From positions 11,925,872 to 11,989,871 of the forward strand of contig JAHRHZ010000099.1 in assembly GCA_024137785.1 (NCBI GenBank): a DNA stretch of 64,000 bases, in the 5' to 3' direction. Shown here piece by piece: positions 1 through 11,779 of the stretch. Position 1 is the stretch's first letter. Every line of letters begins with the position of its first letter. Source of the DNA: Ginglymostoma cirratum. Lineage: Eukaryota. The position numbers were made by a program, and so were the translations under genes. The notes under the pieces are model-generated. The model was not told the DNA's origin. It did not search any database and saw nothing but the letters and a program-made list of their open reading frames with translations.

Positions 1-1755
1 TCCACAGGCAGGAAGGGAATGGGTGACCACCACTTGGAGCAGGAAGGCTAAGCAGGCAGTGCAGTAATGTCCGAGATAACAAGCATGGGGCTGGATGAAC
101 ACAGCAGGTCAAGCAGCATCATAGGAGCAGGAAAACTTGACGTTTCGGGCCTAAACCCTTCAGTACCTTTTATCTCTGGCGCAGTAATGTCCTGTGGCTA
201 TTCCCCTGCAAAACAGATATACCGTTTTGGATACTGTTGAGGGGAATAGCCTCTCAGGGGATAACAGCAGCAGCCAAATTCATGGCATAATGGTTGGCTC
301 TGCTGCAGAGGGAGAGAGAAATATGCATAGAAATGCTATAGTTATAGGGTATTCAATCATAAGGGGAACAGATAGGGGCTTCTGTGCCCACAAACAAGGA
401 TCCAGGATGGTGTGTTGCCTGTCTGGTGCTGGGGTCCTGGATGTCTCGGAGCAGTTGCAAATACTTCTAGAGGGAGAGGGTGAACAGCCAGTGGTCATGG
501 TACACGTTGGTACTAACGACATGTGTTAAAAAAGGGATGAAGTCCCAAAAGCAGAATATAGAAAACTAGGAAGAAAGTTGAAATGTAGGACTTCAAAGGT
601 AGTTATCTCAGGATTACTACTGGTGCCATGAGCTAGTCAGAGTAGAAATAGTGGGATATATAGGGTGAATACCTAGCTGAACCAGATGGTGTGCGGGGAG
701 GGTTTCAGAATCGTGGGACATTAGGACCGGTTCTGGGGAAGGTGGGGCCTGTACAAACTGAATGTGTTACACCTGGGCAGGGCCAGGACTGATGTCCTTG
801 GGGGAGGTGGGGTGGTGGTACTTGGTAGAGTGTCTGGGGAGGGTTTAAACTAGTGTGGCAGGGGGAATGGGAACCAGAGGAGTAGGGCAGTACATGCTGA
901 CATTGAGGGAGAGGTAAAAACCAAGGCAGACATGATGAAGGACAAGAAAAGGCAGGGAAACGCTGCTGAAAAGAACAGGGGAGATGGTCTGAAATGCATG
1001 TGTTTCAATGCGAGAAGTATTATAGGCAAGGTGGATGAACTTGGAGCATTGGTTAGGACTTGGAACTATGACATCATTGCAATTACAGAGACTAGGCTGA
1101 AAGACGAACAGGATTGGCACTAAATGTCCCAGATTTACATGTTTCGGGTGTGATAGAAAGGGAAGTTAAAGGGCTGGGTGAGTTGCATTACTGATAAAGG
1201 AGTATCTCACATCTGTCATGAAGGAGGATACATCAGAGGACTCATGCAGCGAGGCAATATGGGTAGAATTCAGAAATAGGAAAGATGAAATCACAATGTT
1301 AGGGATATACAACGGGCCTTCCAACAGCCAGTGGGAGATAGAGGACAGACTATGTAGACAGATTTTGGAAAGATGTAAAAACAGCAGGGTTATTGCGGTG
1401 GATGATTTTAACTTGCCCTGTATTAACTGGGACTTACTTTGTGCTTAGGACTTGAATGGGGCAGAATTTGTACAGACCATTCAGGAGGGTTTCTTGACAC
1501 AGCATGTAAATAGTCCAACCAGGGAAGGGGTTATACTAGACTGGGTTTTGGGAAATGAACCCAACCAGGTGAGTGAAGCATCAGTGGGGGAGCATTCAGG
1601 GGTAGTGACCGTGATGCTGAGTTTTAAGATAGTCATGAATAGAAAGGGAATACAGGGACTCAGATCCTGTAACTGAAGACAGTTTGAGTGTGGAAGGGCA
1701 AAATGTGTCAGGGTAGAAACGTCTGTTCCTGTGCTGTATTGTTCTATGTTCTTTG
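1..1755 (+). mobile_element. decayed CR1-type LINE: ORF1 esterase (SGNH-like), ORF2 APE endonuclease, and 3' tail, with the RT region deleted
   Basis: IVIGYSIIRGTDRGFC...VVMVHVGTND (ORF1 esterase); LKCMCFNARSI...DIIAITET, EAIWVE, DFNLPCINW and PTREGVILDWVLGNEP (APE). Many stops and frameshifts. Jumps to the tail ...ctgttcctgtgctgtattgttctatgttct at ~1720-1752. Confidence 0.88.
73..180 (-). mobile_element. short Penelope-derived insertion with degenerate hammerhead core, nested in the CR1
   Basis: 12-bp duplication GCAGTAATGTCC at 61-72 and 181-192. Minus strand reads CTGAAGGGTTTAGGCCCGAAACGTCA. Confidence 0.75.
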
Positions 1756-1881
1756 TCTGAGGTACAAATTAACGTTGCCATTAAAACAGAATTTGATTTC
1801 CTCCACAGTTACATGTGGATAGAAATTAAAGGATAATTCTTATCAAGAAACAGCAGCTAAAGAAAAGTCAATCTTTCTTAA

Positions 1882-2042
1882 GAGATAACAAGGTGTGGAG
1901 CTGGATGAACACAACAGGACAAGCAGCATCATAGGAGCAGGAAAACTTGACGTTTCGGGCCTAGACCAAAACATCAAGCTTTCCTGCTCCTATGATGCTG
2001 CTTGGCCTGCTGTGTTCATTCAGCCCCACACCTTGTTATCTC
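1882..2042. mobile_element. 161-bp palindromic Penelope-derived insertion (same family as 73-180)
   Basis: GAGATAACAAGGTGTGG...CCACACCTTGTTATCTC inverted arms; 12-bp TSD AATCTTTCTTAA at 1870-1881 and 2043-2054. Confidence 0.85.
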
Positions 2043-2249
2043 AATCTTTCTTAATATACAGTAGAATATCTGAACAATATATGTCTCCTCCTAACTAAGA
2101 TGGGAGTGGGTCTGTTCAGAAATAATGTGACTGGTTAACTGTCAACCCTCTATCTTGTACATGCTGTAGTATCCAGTATCTGTAGTTCATGTAGGTGATG
2201 GATGATCTATATAGTGTCAATTTTAACTGCATTTTAGCTTATCAGTTTT

Positions 2250-2745
2250 CAGAATACCACTTCAACACATCACCATGTTCCTACTCCAATATTTTTGTTG
2301 CAGGCCAGCTGCAGTGTTCCAGCAAGACTCAGTGCAAGCTCATTTTCCACCTAGGGACCCTGCAGCCTTTAGGATTCCATCATTAAGTTTAATACCTTTA
2401 AAGACTGATTCCATCTTTCCATGTTTTCTACCCATCCCAACACCCAGTCCTGTCATGACATGGATTGCATTCAGCACAGCCCACCCACTCTCTCCAACTC
2501 TTAGTTCTCATTACCACCTTTACAACTTCTCTTCTGTCCTGGCCTGCTATCAATAATTACTGCCCACTTCTCCCTTACACCACCAAACCACCCCCACACC
2601 GTTGCCTGCCTTGCCTTCAGCATAAATATTGCTTATTTTACTAGCTGCTATTCGTTCTCATGAAGAGTTATCGAACTCAAAATATTGTCTCTGCTTACTG
2701 CGAGATCTGCTGCGTTTTGCCAGTAATTTCTGTTTTTGTCTCAGA
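2250..2745 (+). mobile_element. Penelope-like retroelement 3' remnant (GIY-YIG endonuclease C-terminus, pyrimidine-rich UTR, degenerate hammerhead repeat)
   Basis: HFNTSPCSYSNIFVAGQLQCSSKTQCKLIFHLGTLQPLG resembles the PLE endonuclease end (HFN..H...L...GL..C.....R...E..LIF.LGTL.P.G.N). CTCATGA-A-GAGT-tatcga-ACTC-AAAA starts at 2657. Confidence 0.75.
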
Positions 2746-3104
2746 ATAGCATCTATTGTTACTGAATACCTGTCTGCACTGCAATTTGATTTTCAACAGT
2801 TAAAATCACCAGGTCATATAAGGCCATAAGGAAAAGGAGCAGAGGGAGGCCATACAGCCCATTGACCCATGCAGTGAAAGTCTCAGGTAAATGGACAATT
2901 GGTCTAGGAAGGCAACCGTATGAATATCCCATCAGTTATTCTAGAAAGTTTTTGATTGAGCTCAGAACTGAACATTGAAGTGACTTCAATTCTTTTAACA
3001 AATGGCTGCAATCTTAATAGACAATTCTGAAATTGTATGAATGCATGTTATTTCATGCTGAGAAAGTTCCATGAGTGCTGTGAGATCAATCTAAAGAAAA
3101 CAAA

Positions 3105-3310
3105 AGACAGAACTTGTAATTATACAGTACATTTCACAATCTCAGGACACTCTAAAATGTTCTGCATCCAATTCAGTCAGTGTGTAATGAAGAAAACGCA
3201 ACAGCACCACAAGCTCCCACAAGTGGCAAGAGGGCAATACAGAGAATTTTTTTTTAGTGATGTTTGAGACATAAATTTTGGAAAGGATACAGGGTGATCT
3301 CCTCTGCATT
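3105..3310 (-). mobile_element. old SINE/L2-type 3' tail, decayed
   Basis: aacttgtaattatacagtacatttcacaatctcaggacactctaaa resembles the reverse L2-derived tail; similar fragments occur at ~26930-27000 and ~32270-32345. Confidence 0.45.
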
Positions 3311-3589
3311 TTATTTAATTTAGAATCAGAAAATCTTGACTGTGGTGAGGTTTGTGTCGGAGATATCCCTCTACAGGGCCTTGTAGAGCAGCCTAGTGAA
3401 AACTCCAGTCAGTCTTCATTACTTTTCCTTTACAAAGTTCTTAATGGGTTTAGTTACCTATCCATCTCATAAAGGTTGATGGCCTTGCTGGTTCCCAAGC
3501 TTATATTTATCAAAATATCTGCCATCAAGGACAGGGTCAGGAAACTGGCACAGCAGCAGATCTTTTCATTTTCCATGCTTGACTATGAC

Positions 3590-3895
3590 AGGAACGTAGG
3601 AATTAAGAGCAGGAGTAAGGAATTCAGCCCTTCGAACCATGATCATGTCTGATCTTATCCTGGTCTCAATTCCACTTCCCTGCCTGCTCCCCAAAACTCT
3701 TTATCCTGCTTTTCATCAGAAACATATCTGCTTCCTTTTTGAATCTGTTGATTGAATCTGCCATCAATGCATTCCAGGCAGCGAGTTCCAAAGATTCACA
3801 ACCCTCACAAGAAATAGTTTCTCCTTATCTGGATTTCGAATCTGACTCCTTTCACTCTATATCAATGTCCTCTTGTTTGAGACTGGCCCACAAGG
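3590..3895 (-). mobile_element. CR1 3' end fragment
   Basis: Reverse of the CR1 tail (gagcaggagta...attcagccc...catgatcatg.ctgatct) plus ...gagttccaaagattcacaaccctc (RVVNLWNSLP on the minus strand). Confidence 0.7.
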
Positions 3896-4997
3896 GCCTG
3901 ACCATTCAGCCCAAAATGTCTGATGCCTGAAATTGTACCTGAAAATGCCCTATTGTCATTACAGTTGAGGGTGTTTCAGAATAACTTAATAGGCATTCCA
4001 AGAACTTTTTCTAAATTGTATTCAGTCATTGTTTTGCGTCCACATTTCATGGCTTCTTCTTTCTCGCCACCAAGTAGCTATGGGTCTATTTTATGCACTT
4101 GTGCTCACTTTCCTTGTTGAACCTACTGTGGAACCAACCATTACTAGCTAAAAGTTGGAGTAGAATCCTCTCACCAATCCTTCTTTCTGTACTGGGTCTA
4201 AGAAACAGTTTGGTTAACAATGGTAGAAGGTGAACCACTTCTGGGTCTTAACAAGAAGATGAATTTGTTTTAACAACAGAATATAGTTTATTGCATATTA
4301 GCAATAGATCCAATTTTATTGGCCAGTTAGACACAATTATCAAGTAGCCAGGGTGATACATTTGACTATAACAAGATCTCATTCTGGGCTCTTCTTTACC
4401 CCAACCAGGTCTGTATGCCATCATCAGATTGTATGGAGCTAAATGCAGTCTGCAACATTAACCCTTTCAGAACCTTGTAGAACATTTCCTCTCAACTGGA
4501 TGATGTTAAACTGCTGAATTCCTTTCACGGAGGAACTCTTTCTTGCTAACTCAGGTTGTTCCCTACAGACAACTGAGGGAGTCTTAATCTCATGAATGCT
4601 CATCAAGGAAGATGGCTGCTCCAATGAGACATACTTTCTACCTTGCACTTTCCTAATTTTCAGATCAAACAGTTTCTTCTTTTTGACTGTGTACTGAATC
4701 TGTGGATATTGATCTGGCTTCCAAGGAGTCACATGCAGCTCATTTCTATTTCATTCAAGAAGTTGTCATTCCCAAACTGCTGATATATCTGTGTTGAAGT
4801 ACGTAACCTTTTTACCTGAACTTCTTCATTCACCCTCTGTGGATGTTTTGTCAGTGAACTAGACATTTTCACACCTACGGTCATGAATCCAGTGGATTGC
4901 TATTTATTTAGCAATATCTCTATCATTGGTATTGATAATCCTTCACTGAAAGACAAAGGATTGAAATGTTGCTTTAGAGCTTATGTCATTTCATCAT

Positions 4998-5203
4998 ATT
5001 GTAGAGGTGCCAGCATTGGACTGGGGTGGGCAAGGTCAGAAGTCACACAACGCAAGGTTATAATCCAACAGATTTATTTGAATCGCAAGCTTTCCGAGTA
5101 CTGCTCCTTCATCAGGTGAAGTACTGACGAAGGAACAGTGCTCCGAAAGCTTGCGATTTCAAATAAACCTGTTGGACTATAACCTGGAGTCATGTGACTT
5201 TTG
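4998..5203. mobile_element. inverted (back-to-back) Penelope-derived repeat with two hammerhead cores
   Basis: Arms ~5037-5115 and ~5124-5203 are inverted. Minus CTGATGA-A-GGAGCAGTACTCG-GAAAGCTT; plus CTGACGA-A-GGAACAGTGCTCC-GAAAGCTT. ATTTCATCAT is duplicated at 4988-4997 and 5204-5213. Confidence 0.8.
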
Positions 5204-5214
5204 ATTTCATCATG

Positions 5215-5720
5215 TGTCACCAAAAGTCCAATTTGTTGTAACAGTTTGTTCATTAGACTGCTTTGCTGACGGAACAACTTCACCTTAAGATTCCTCAATA
5301 ACATCAAGTGAGTTGTACTGCTCGCTCCTGCAATTCACAAATGCTTCTGGCACCACAGCATCCTTTATGCAGCCTGTGAAATTTCACATATGTCAGCCAA
5401 GGTGCCTTGGAAATATTCAGGATGAAAGATTGACTGGAGAGTCACCTTGAGACCCTCTGACATGCAGTTCCCACAAAATATCTGTGGGTCATGATTCTGG
5501 ATCCCATATATCTCAATGATTGTCTCCTGGAAGAACATTACCAATTCTGCTATAGCTTCTCTGAAAGTTGCAAGCGGTTGGTCCTCACCGTAAAGACATG
5601 GTGACATGCCAGTGCCCGTCTCTAAAGATGTCTTCCCAGATGTCTGCCTCTTGGTCAGTCTCATCTTCTGGTGTTGCCTGCTGCTGGCCTTGTGACCCTT
5701 GTTGTTAACCAATGACAAAC
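5215..5720 (-). mobile_element. PIF/Harbinger transposase fossil
   Basis: ORF 5365-5718 ends LKVTLQSIFHPEYFQGTLADICEISQAA, similar to HARBI1-like KVT.AL.F.ASGSFQ...GD.CGISQ. Confidence 0.65.
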
Positions 5721-6319
5721 TTCTTTTGCTGTATCTTCCCCTCCTGTTCCTGAAATTGCAAGAATATTGGGTGTGTCATGCCCTAAGTGAATCCAGCAAA
5801 TGAAATATATGAAAAAAGCAGACAATGATATCTGTGTTCATGGTTTTCACCCGTGCAGCTGCTGAGCAATGAGATGTTCAAATCCTCCCATGACTCAGAT
5901 TCAATATTGCTCCCACTTTCCCTTTTCCCCACAGTGGTGGCCTTCCACTTGGACTCGGACTGCTGTGCACATAATTGAGAGTTTGGAGCAATGATCAGCG
6001 CGGAAACTGAATCACCCTCAATCTGAATCCATTATCATTATCGTCCCTCCATCATCTCAGAGCTTGAGACCATTATTCTTGACCATCCAAGTGTTACTGT
6101 GCATCTTCTTCCTTTCACCCACAAAACCTCACCACTATCGGTGTTCCTGTGACAGTGGCAGTGTACATCCCAATTCTCTGCTTTAACGTTACCTCCTCAT
6201 TGTAGACATTCCTCCTTTGACCCTATGCCCTCCCTCCCTCATAGTTGATGTGTCTTTGCCCTTGACTCACCCTCTGAGACATTCTATTATCCCTATTTCC
6301 AACTGGATCACCCCGATTT

Positions 6320-7040
6320 AATAAGGTGTGGTCGATCTGATTGGAATCTCAAATCCACATTCTTGTCTACCCCTCATAACATTTCACCCTTTACATCCAA
6401 AAATTCTATCCTCTCTCCTAAAGGTATTCAAGGATACTGCTACCACCACTATTTTAGGAAGACCATTCTTAAGACGCTGTGAGAAAAAAAACTTTCACCT
6501 CATCACTGTTTTAAATTGGCAATCTGGTATTTTAAGCAGCGACCCCTAATTCCAGATTTTCTAATGAGAGGAAACATCATCTCTAGATCCACACTTTCAA
6601 GATACCATAGGAGTTTACACATTTCAATCAAGTCACCTCTTAATCTTCTAAATTTCAGTGGTTACAAACTTAATCTGTCCAACTTTTTCATACAAGACAG
6701 CTAGCCCATTCCAGGTATCAATCTGGTAAATCTCCACTCTACTGCCTCCAATGCATTTGCACCCTTCCTTAAATAAGAAGACCAATACTGTATGTAGTAT
6801 GCCAGATGTGGACTCACCAATGCTTGTACAACTGAAGCATAATATCCCTACTTTTGTACGAAATTCCCCTTGCAATAAATTATAACACGCTATTAGTTTT
6901 CCTAATTACTTGCTACGCCTGCATAGTAGCCTTTTGTGATTTAAGTACTAAACCACTGAAATCCCTCTGTATCTCAGATGTCTGTAATCTCTCACCATTT
7001 AGATAATATGTTTTCTTTTTCATTTTTCCTGCCAACATTA
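6320..7040 (-). mobile_element. CR1 ORF2 C-terminal fragment and 3' region
   Basis: YYLNGERLQTSEIQRD..LV.KSQKATMQ; minus strand MLQLYK/VSPHLAYYIQYWS.YLRK with a frameshift. Confidence 0.85.
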
Positions 7041-7224
7041 TGAAATGTAATAAATTTTTGCTCAGCATTATGAAGTTATTTTGGCTGAAGGTCGTTGCAA
7101 ATGGTTCAGCCTTTCTTTTGCACTCACTGCCAAGCTCTTTCATCACTGAGGATCAGAATATTCAAGCAGTCTCCGCCTCCTGTTAGTTGTCCAAATGCCC
7201 TTCCAAAAATGGTGCCAGCTGGTA

Positions 7225-7640
7225 TATGTATGCGAGTTAGATGGCAAACCTGTCATCACTATTATAGAGTTTTCGGTAAAGTGCCACATCAAAGCTTATT
7301 GTGGAAAGTAAAAGCATATGGTACAAAGGATAGCATATTCATATGGATAGAAGATTGGCTGACTAATAGGAAGCAGACAGTAGAGTAAATGCTTTTTGTC
7401 AGGTTGGCAAGTTATAACAAGTGTTGTGCCACAGATATGAGGTGTTGGGACCTCAACTGTTTAAAATGTATATAAATAACTTGGATGAAGCAATGAACAG
7501 TATAGTTGCCAAAGATAGTTAGGGAAATAAATTCTGAAGAGGATATAAGTAAGCCAAAAAGTGATGTAGGTACATTCAGTGAGTGGACAAAGACCTGAAG
7601 AATGCAGTATAATGTGGGAAAATGTAAAGTTGCCTACTTT
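7225..7640 (+). mobile_element. CR1 reverse-transcriptase fragment
   Basis: FGKVPHQSLLWKVKAYG...WIEDWLTNRKQTV; MQYNVGKCKVAYF. Confidence 0.85.
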
Positions 7641-7649
7641 GAAATGCTA

Positions 7650-8440
7650 ACTACTTCCCAACTTACTCCTCAAAGCTTTTCCACCATCCAGAGGGGACAA
7701 GTCAGGAATGTTTGTCAGTTTGTCACCACTTGCTCAGATGAGTGTGGCATCAGCAACACTCAAAAAGCTCAACACCATCCAGGTCAAAGCAGGCACTAAA
7801 TCAATTCCCTTCTACCACCTCAACATTCACCACTGATACACAGAGGCGACACTGCAGATCACCTAAAAACACAATGCAAGAACACACCAAGGCTGCTTCA
7901 ACAATAATAAAAACCAAAAGAACTGCGGATGCTGTAAATCAGGAACAAAAGCAAAGTTGCTGGAAAAGCTCAGCAGGTCTGGCAGTATTTGTGGAGGAGA
8001 AAACAGAGTTAACGTTCGGGTCCGGTGACTGCTTCTGAGGAAGGGTCACCGGACCCGAAACTTTAACTCTGTTTTCTCCTCCACAGATGCTGCCAGACCT
8101 GCTGAGCTTTTCCCACAACTTTGTTTTTGCTTCAACAGTATTTCCCAGGCCCATTACTTTTACCACCTGGGAAGAATGAATATGACATATAGGATCACCA
8201 TCACCTGCAAACTGCCCTCATGTTACACCATCCTGATTTGGAACTATGTCATCATTCCTTCACTTCATTCCCTCCAAAATCCTGGAACTGCCTCCCTAGC
8301 AATAATGTATGCATTTACAACCCATAGACTGTGACAGTTCAATTATGCAGCTCATGTCCACCTTTTCAAGAACAACAAAAAGTCAGCAATACTAATGCTC
8401 TTGTCAATGATGCCCATATCCCATGAATCAATTAATAAAT
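7650..8440 (+). mobile_element. non-LTR retrotransposon 3' end, interrupted by the 7904-8127 hairpin insertion
   Basis: LTPQSFSTI..GQVR-like coding remnant, ...aaaatcctggaactgcctccct..., tail gatgcccatatcccatgaat. Confidence 0.65.
7904..8127. mobile_element. palindromic Penelope-derived insertion with hammerhead core
   Basis: ~85-bp inverted arms; CTGAGGA-A-GGGTC-accg-GACCC-GAAA-CTTT-AACTCTG at 8035-8071; TGCTTCAACA duplicated at 7894-7903 and 8128-8137. Confidence 0.85.
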
Positions 8441-9929
8441 ATTATCCGCATAGAACATTTTGAGGTAAGAGTCTTTATTTATTTCTTTCTCGACAGGTGA
8501 ATTGTACTTGTTTCTTTGCCCATTCAGGATTTTTTTTAAAAATATATGAATACAGACATTCACATAATCCTTTTCACCACCAAATTATTTTGAAATTTCC
8601 GTTTTTCTCATTCTCTCACTTCCTTTTCTGGTTTTATATCTGATACCTAAATATGCTGTAAATAAAAAACAAAATAGATGAGTCTTATATTTATGATTGT
8701 ATTGTGTTATGTTCTTCGGTTTCTTTTTGAGCCATATTAAACAAAAGCAAAACTTATGACAATACGTGTAGAGTTGCTTGGAAAATTTCAGGAGCAAAAC
8801 ATCCTAGTAGGGAAAATACTGAGGTGAAAATAATCTGAAAAAGTAGTAAGTTAAGGTCTTCTAAGCAACAGTCAATGGCATCAGATGGGCTCATATTTGC
8901 TAGAAACTAGATCAACAAATAAATGGACTCAACATCACTTCTGATATTAGAGTCAATGATACATTTGAACATCCTTTTTCAAGCATTATTAGTTACTAAG
9001 ACATTTTCCTTTTGACTGGTCAAATCTGTTAACCAGTTTAGCAGCCATTGAATGGCATGTACATCTGACAATCCAGCAACTCTTTCAATACAACAAGCAT
9101 CAGTTTTGTATTATTACCCAATGAAAGGAATTTGGAACAGCAACTTCAAAACTCCACATTGAAACTGAAAGTTCTATGATAAACAAAATTATCTATGGAA
9201 TTAATCTGCTTTTTTTTATAAATCCGCTCTCGCTTTATGAATCATCTGAACATGAAGGCCTGGGGACTGGTTTGGCATAAGTCCATTCAATTTTGAGACA
9301 AGCACTTGAAAAGACCCTGAACTATTGTGCAAGTCAAGTGAAATTGTTATATTTTTGCAGCCTGTGTTCTGAGCTCTGTTGTATAACAAATACCACACAT
9401 GGGATTTTTTCAGTTCAAATTTCTAAAATTGAAATATTGTACTTAACAATAATTTTGGGGTAATTTTTGCAGCAAGGTAGATTAGAAACTAACAATTAAT
9501 TAATGTTTGAAAGTTTCAATTTATGCATTATTTTACAAATGCTTTATTCTTTCCCTCCCTCGGACTGACATTTAAACTTCAGCTGAAACTCCACTACAGA
9601 AGCATTACTTTGTGGTTATATTACCCTTTTGTTACATGAAATGCACACACAAAGTAGCAAGCATTAACTTGCAAATATATTTAAATTGGTTTATTCCATA
9701 TAATTTTAAAAACTTTATTCAACATAGAGTGATGTTGATGGTTATCACAATTACATTATTTATGTTGTACAGCAAGTTACAACTCTAAATTAGACTGGCT
9801 AATGAAATTTATATTTTTGTTGCAGAATATGTTATAAAATTAGCTTTGTGTATTAGCAAATTGGCAATACATATGCCAAACTGACAAAGCATTGTCTTGT
9901 TGATTTACTTACAAACTTCACATATTTTG

Positions 9930-10175
9930 GGGAGTGCATTTTGACGCATCCTTTTACCTATATTTCTTATCTTCTAACTTATACAATGAATCACTGCAAC
10001 GTAATGTAACTTTATTTTCTTTATTTCTCTATTTTGCATCTAAGATTTGTACCTAGGTACTTTGTACCTAAGATGGGGCCGTGAATGACAACATTGTAAA
10101 CTTTTCACTGTACTCCAGTATTTCTGTACTTGAGTACATGTGACAATAAAAATAATTTGAATTCGAATTCTAATG
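9930..10175 (+). mobile_element. LINE 3' UTR/tail fragment
   Basis: ...cttttcactgtac...gagtacatgtgacaataaa followed by a degenerate (GAATTC/T)n tail, typical of non-LTR 3' ends. Confidence 0.5.
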
Positions 10176-10805
10176 ATTCTTTAAGTTTCACCCAGTTTTC
10201 ATCTCTGAAGGTAATAAGAGCTCATGCTGAGACATGATTTCCTAGACATCAACAAACGTTGAGAGCTTCACTCAAATGACTTCACATTCATAGACAGTGA
10301 TAGTTATCAAGTTCATTGACCTTTGGAGCATTAGAACCGAACCTGATCTTATCCCTGCCTGAAATCCACACATACATGCTATGTATGGCAGGAATATGTT
10401 GGCAGGAATTAGTGGCTATTGGGGGATCTCTCAGCAGGTTATTCTCTCTCTGATTCCAAAAGCAGATGATTTTCAGTGAACAAAATACTTGAGGAAATCA
10501 GTAAGCAAAGGGAAAAAAAAGATGCTGACAGTCATCAAATATCCAATTCCAATGGAATCCTGGAACAGGAATCCACCAGGATCAGTTGGAACATTGCTTC
10601 ACACCCTGTCCAGTATTGCTCCCTGTACATATCAGTGGGAGTAAATTCAGGCGACATATAAAATCAATGTTGCACATGATCTTTTCAGTTTTCTGACAGT
10701 CAAGGTCATTAACATTGCTCCTAAAACGGCCCATATTAATGTTTCCAACGCTATCTAGACAGGGATTAACCAATTCATGGTAAAACAGAAATGAAACTGT
10801 TGTAA

Positions 10806-10945
10806 ATAGTTATAAATATTGAAGAAGGGTCCCGATCCAAAACGTCAACTTCCCTGCTCCTCTGATGCTGCCTGGCCTGCTGTGCTCCTCCAGTTCCACA
10901 CTGTGTTATCTCTGACTCCAGCATCGGCAGTTCTTACTATCTCTG
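10806..10945 (+). mobile_element. single-arm Penelope-derived insertion with degenerate hammerhead
   Basis: TTGAAGA-A-GGGTCCCGATCC-AAAA-CGTC; 16-bp TSD AATGAAACTGTTGTAA at 10790-10805 and 10946-10961. Confidence 0.8.
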
Positions 10946-11779
10946 AATGAAACTGTTGTAATATGTGAGGGTCAGTGATCCATGATTTATCATTGGAGCA
11001 TTCCTGAAAGAGGAGAGAATTAAACCTATAATACAAAAAATGTTAACCTCCTCAGAATGGTTGTAACTGTTAATTCAACGTTGATGAAATTTGCAAACAG
11101 AACTTGGAAGCTCTTGAGCTCCAGGCAAACATTGCCAGACTGTAGGTTAAATCTCTTGGTGGGCTAACGCTCTGGAGAGGACAGACCAAAGGATAATATT
11201 CAGGACAGCAGATATCTCCTTCCAAGCAGTGGAAACAGGGCAATGTGCAGTAACAATTGTTTAACAAATAACTGATTTAAATAGCAATTATCTAGTTTTA
11301 TTTTCAAGGCACAGGAACAGGCTTCAGGCCTTTAACATTTGAACTGATAATTCCTTTCCACTTAGCAACACAAATCAAGTTGTGCAACATTATCTACCTC
11401 AAGAAATGTCTTTATTACAAATTTGTTTGCATGCACAAAATGAAAGAAACAAAGAAGGCTAAGTTCAATCGTGTCTCAAAATGGGGGATCATGTTGTGTG
11501 AATAGCCTGCTCTCATGGAACGTAATGCGGGCAACATGCCAATTACATGGTGGCTGCAGTTCTAAAGGGTTTCAGCATCAAACAAGCGCGAACAGTACAT
11601 TGGATGCTAAGCTGAGGCAAGATTATGAGCAGTTAGGACCACTGTTCATTAACCTGCACCTCTTAAAGGGACAGTGAATTGTTGCTGAAGCAGGTGCAAG
11701 CGGCCATGCAGGAAGTGGAACCTGGATCTTTGCAACATCGAGTATCAACATGAACTGGGGGTTGGGGTGGAGGTTTGAG

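Noticed and set aside
1882-2042. Reading the palindromic inserts as pre-miRNAs or classical TIR DNA transposons
   Set aside because: Variable 10-16 bp TSDs, single-arm copies, variable inversion points and linkage to a Penelope endonuclease favour a retroelement origin.
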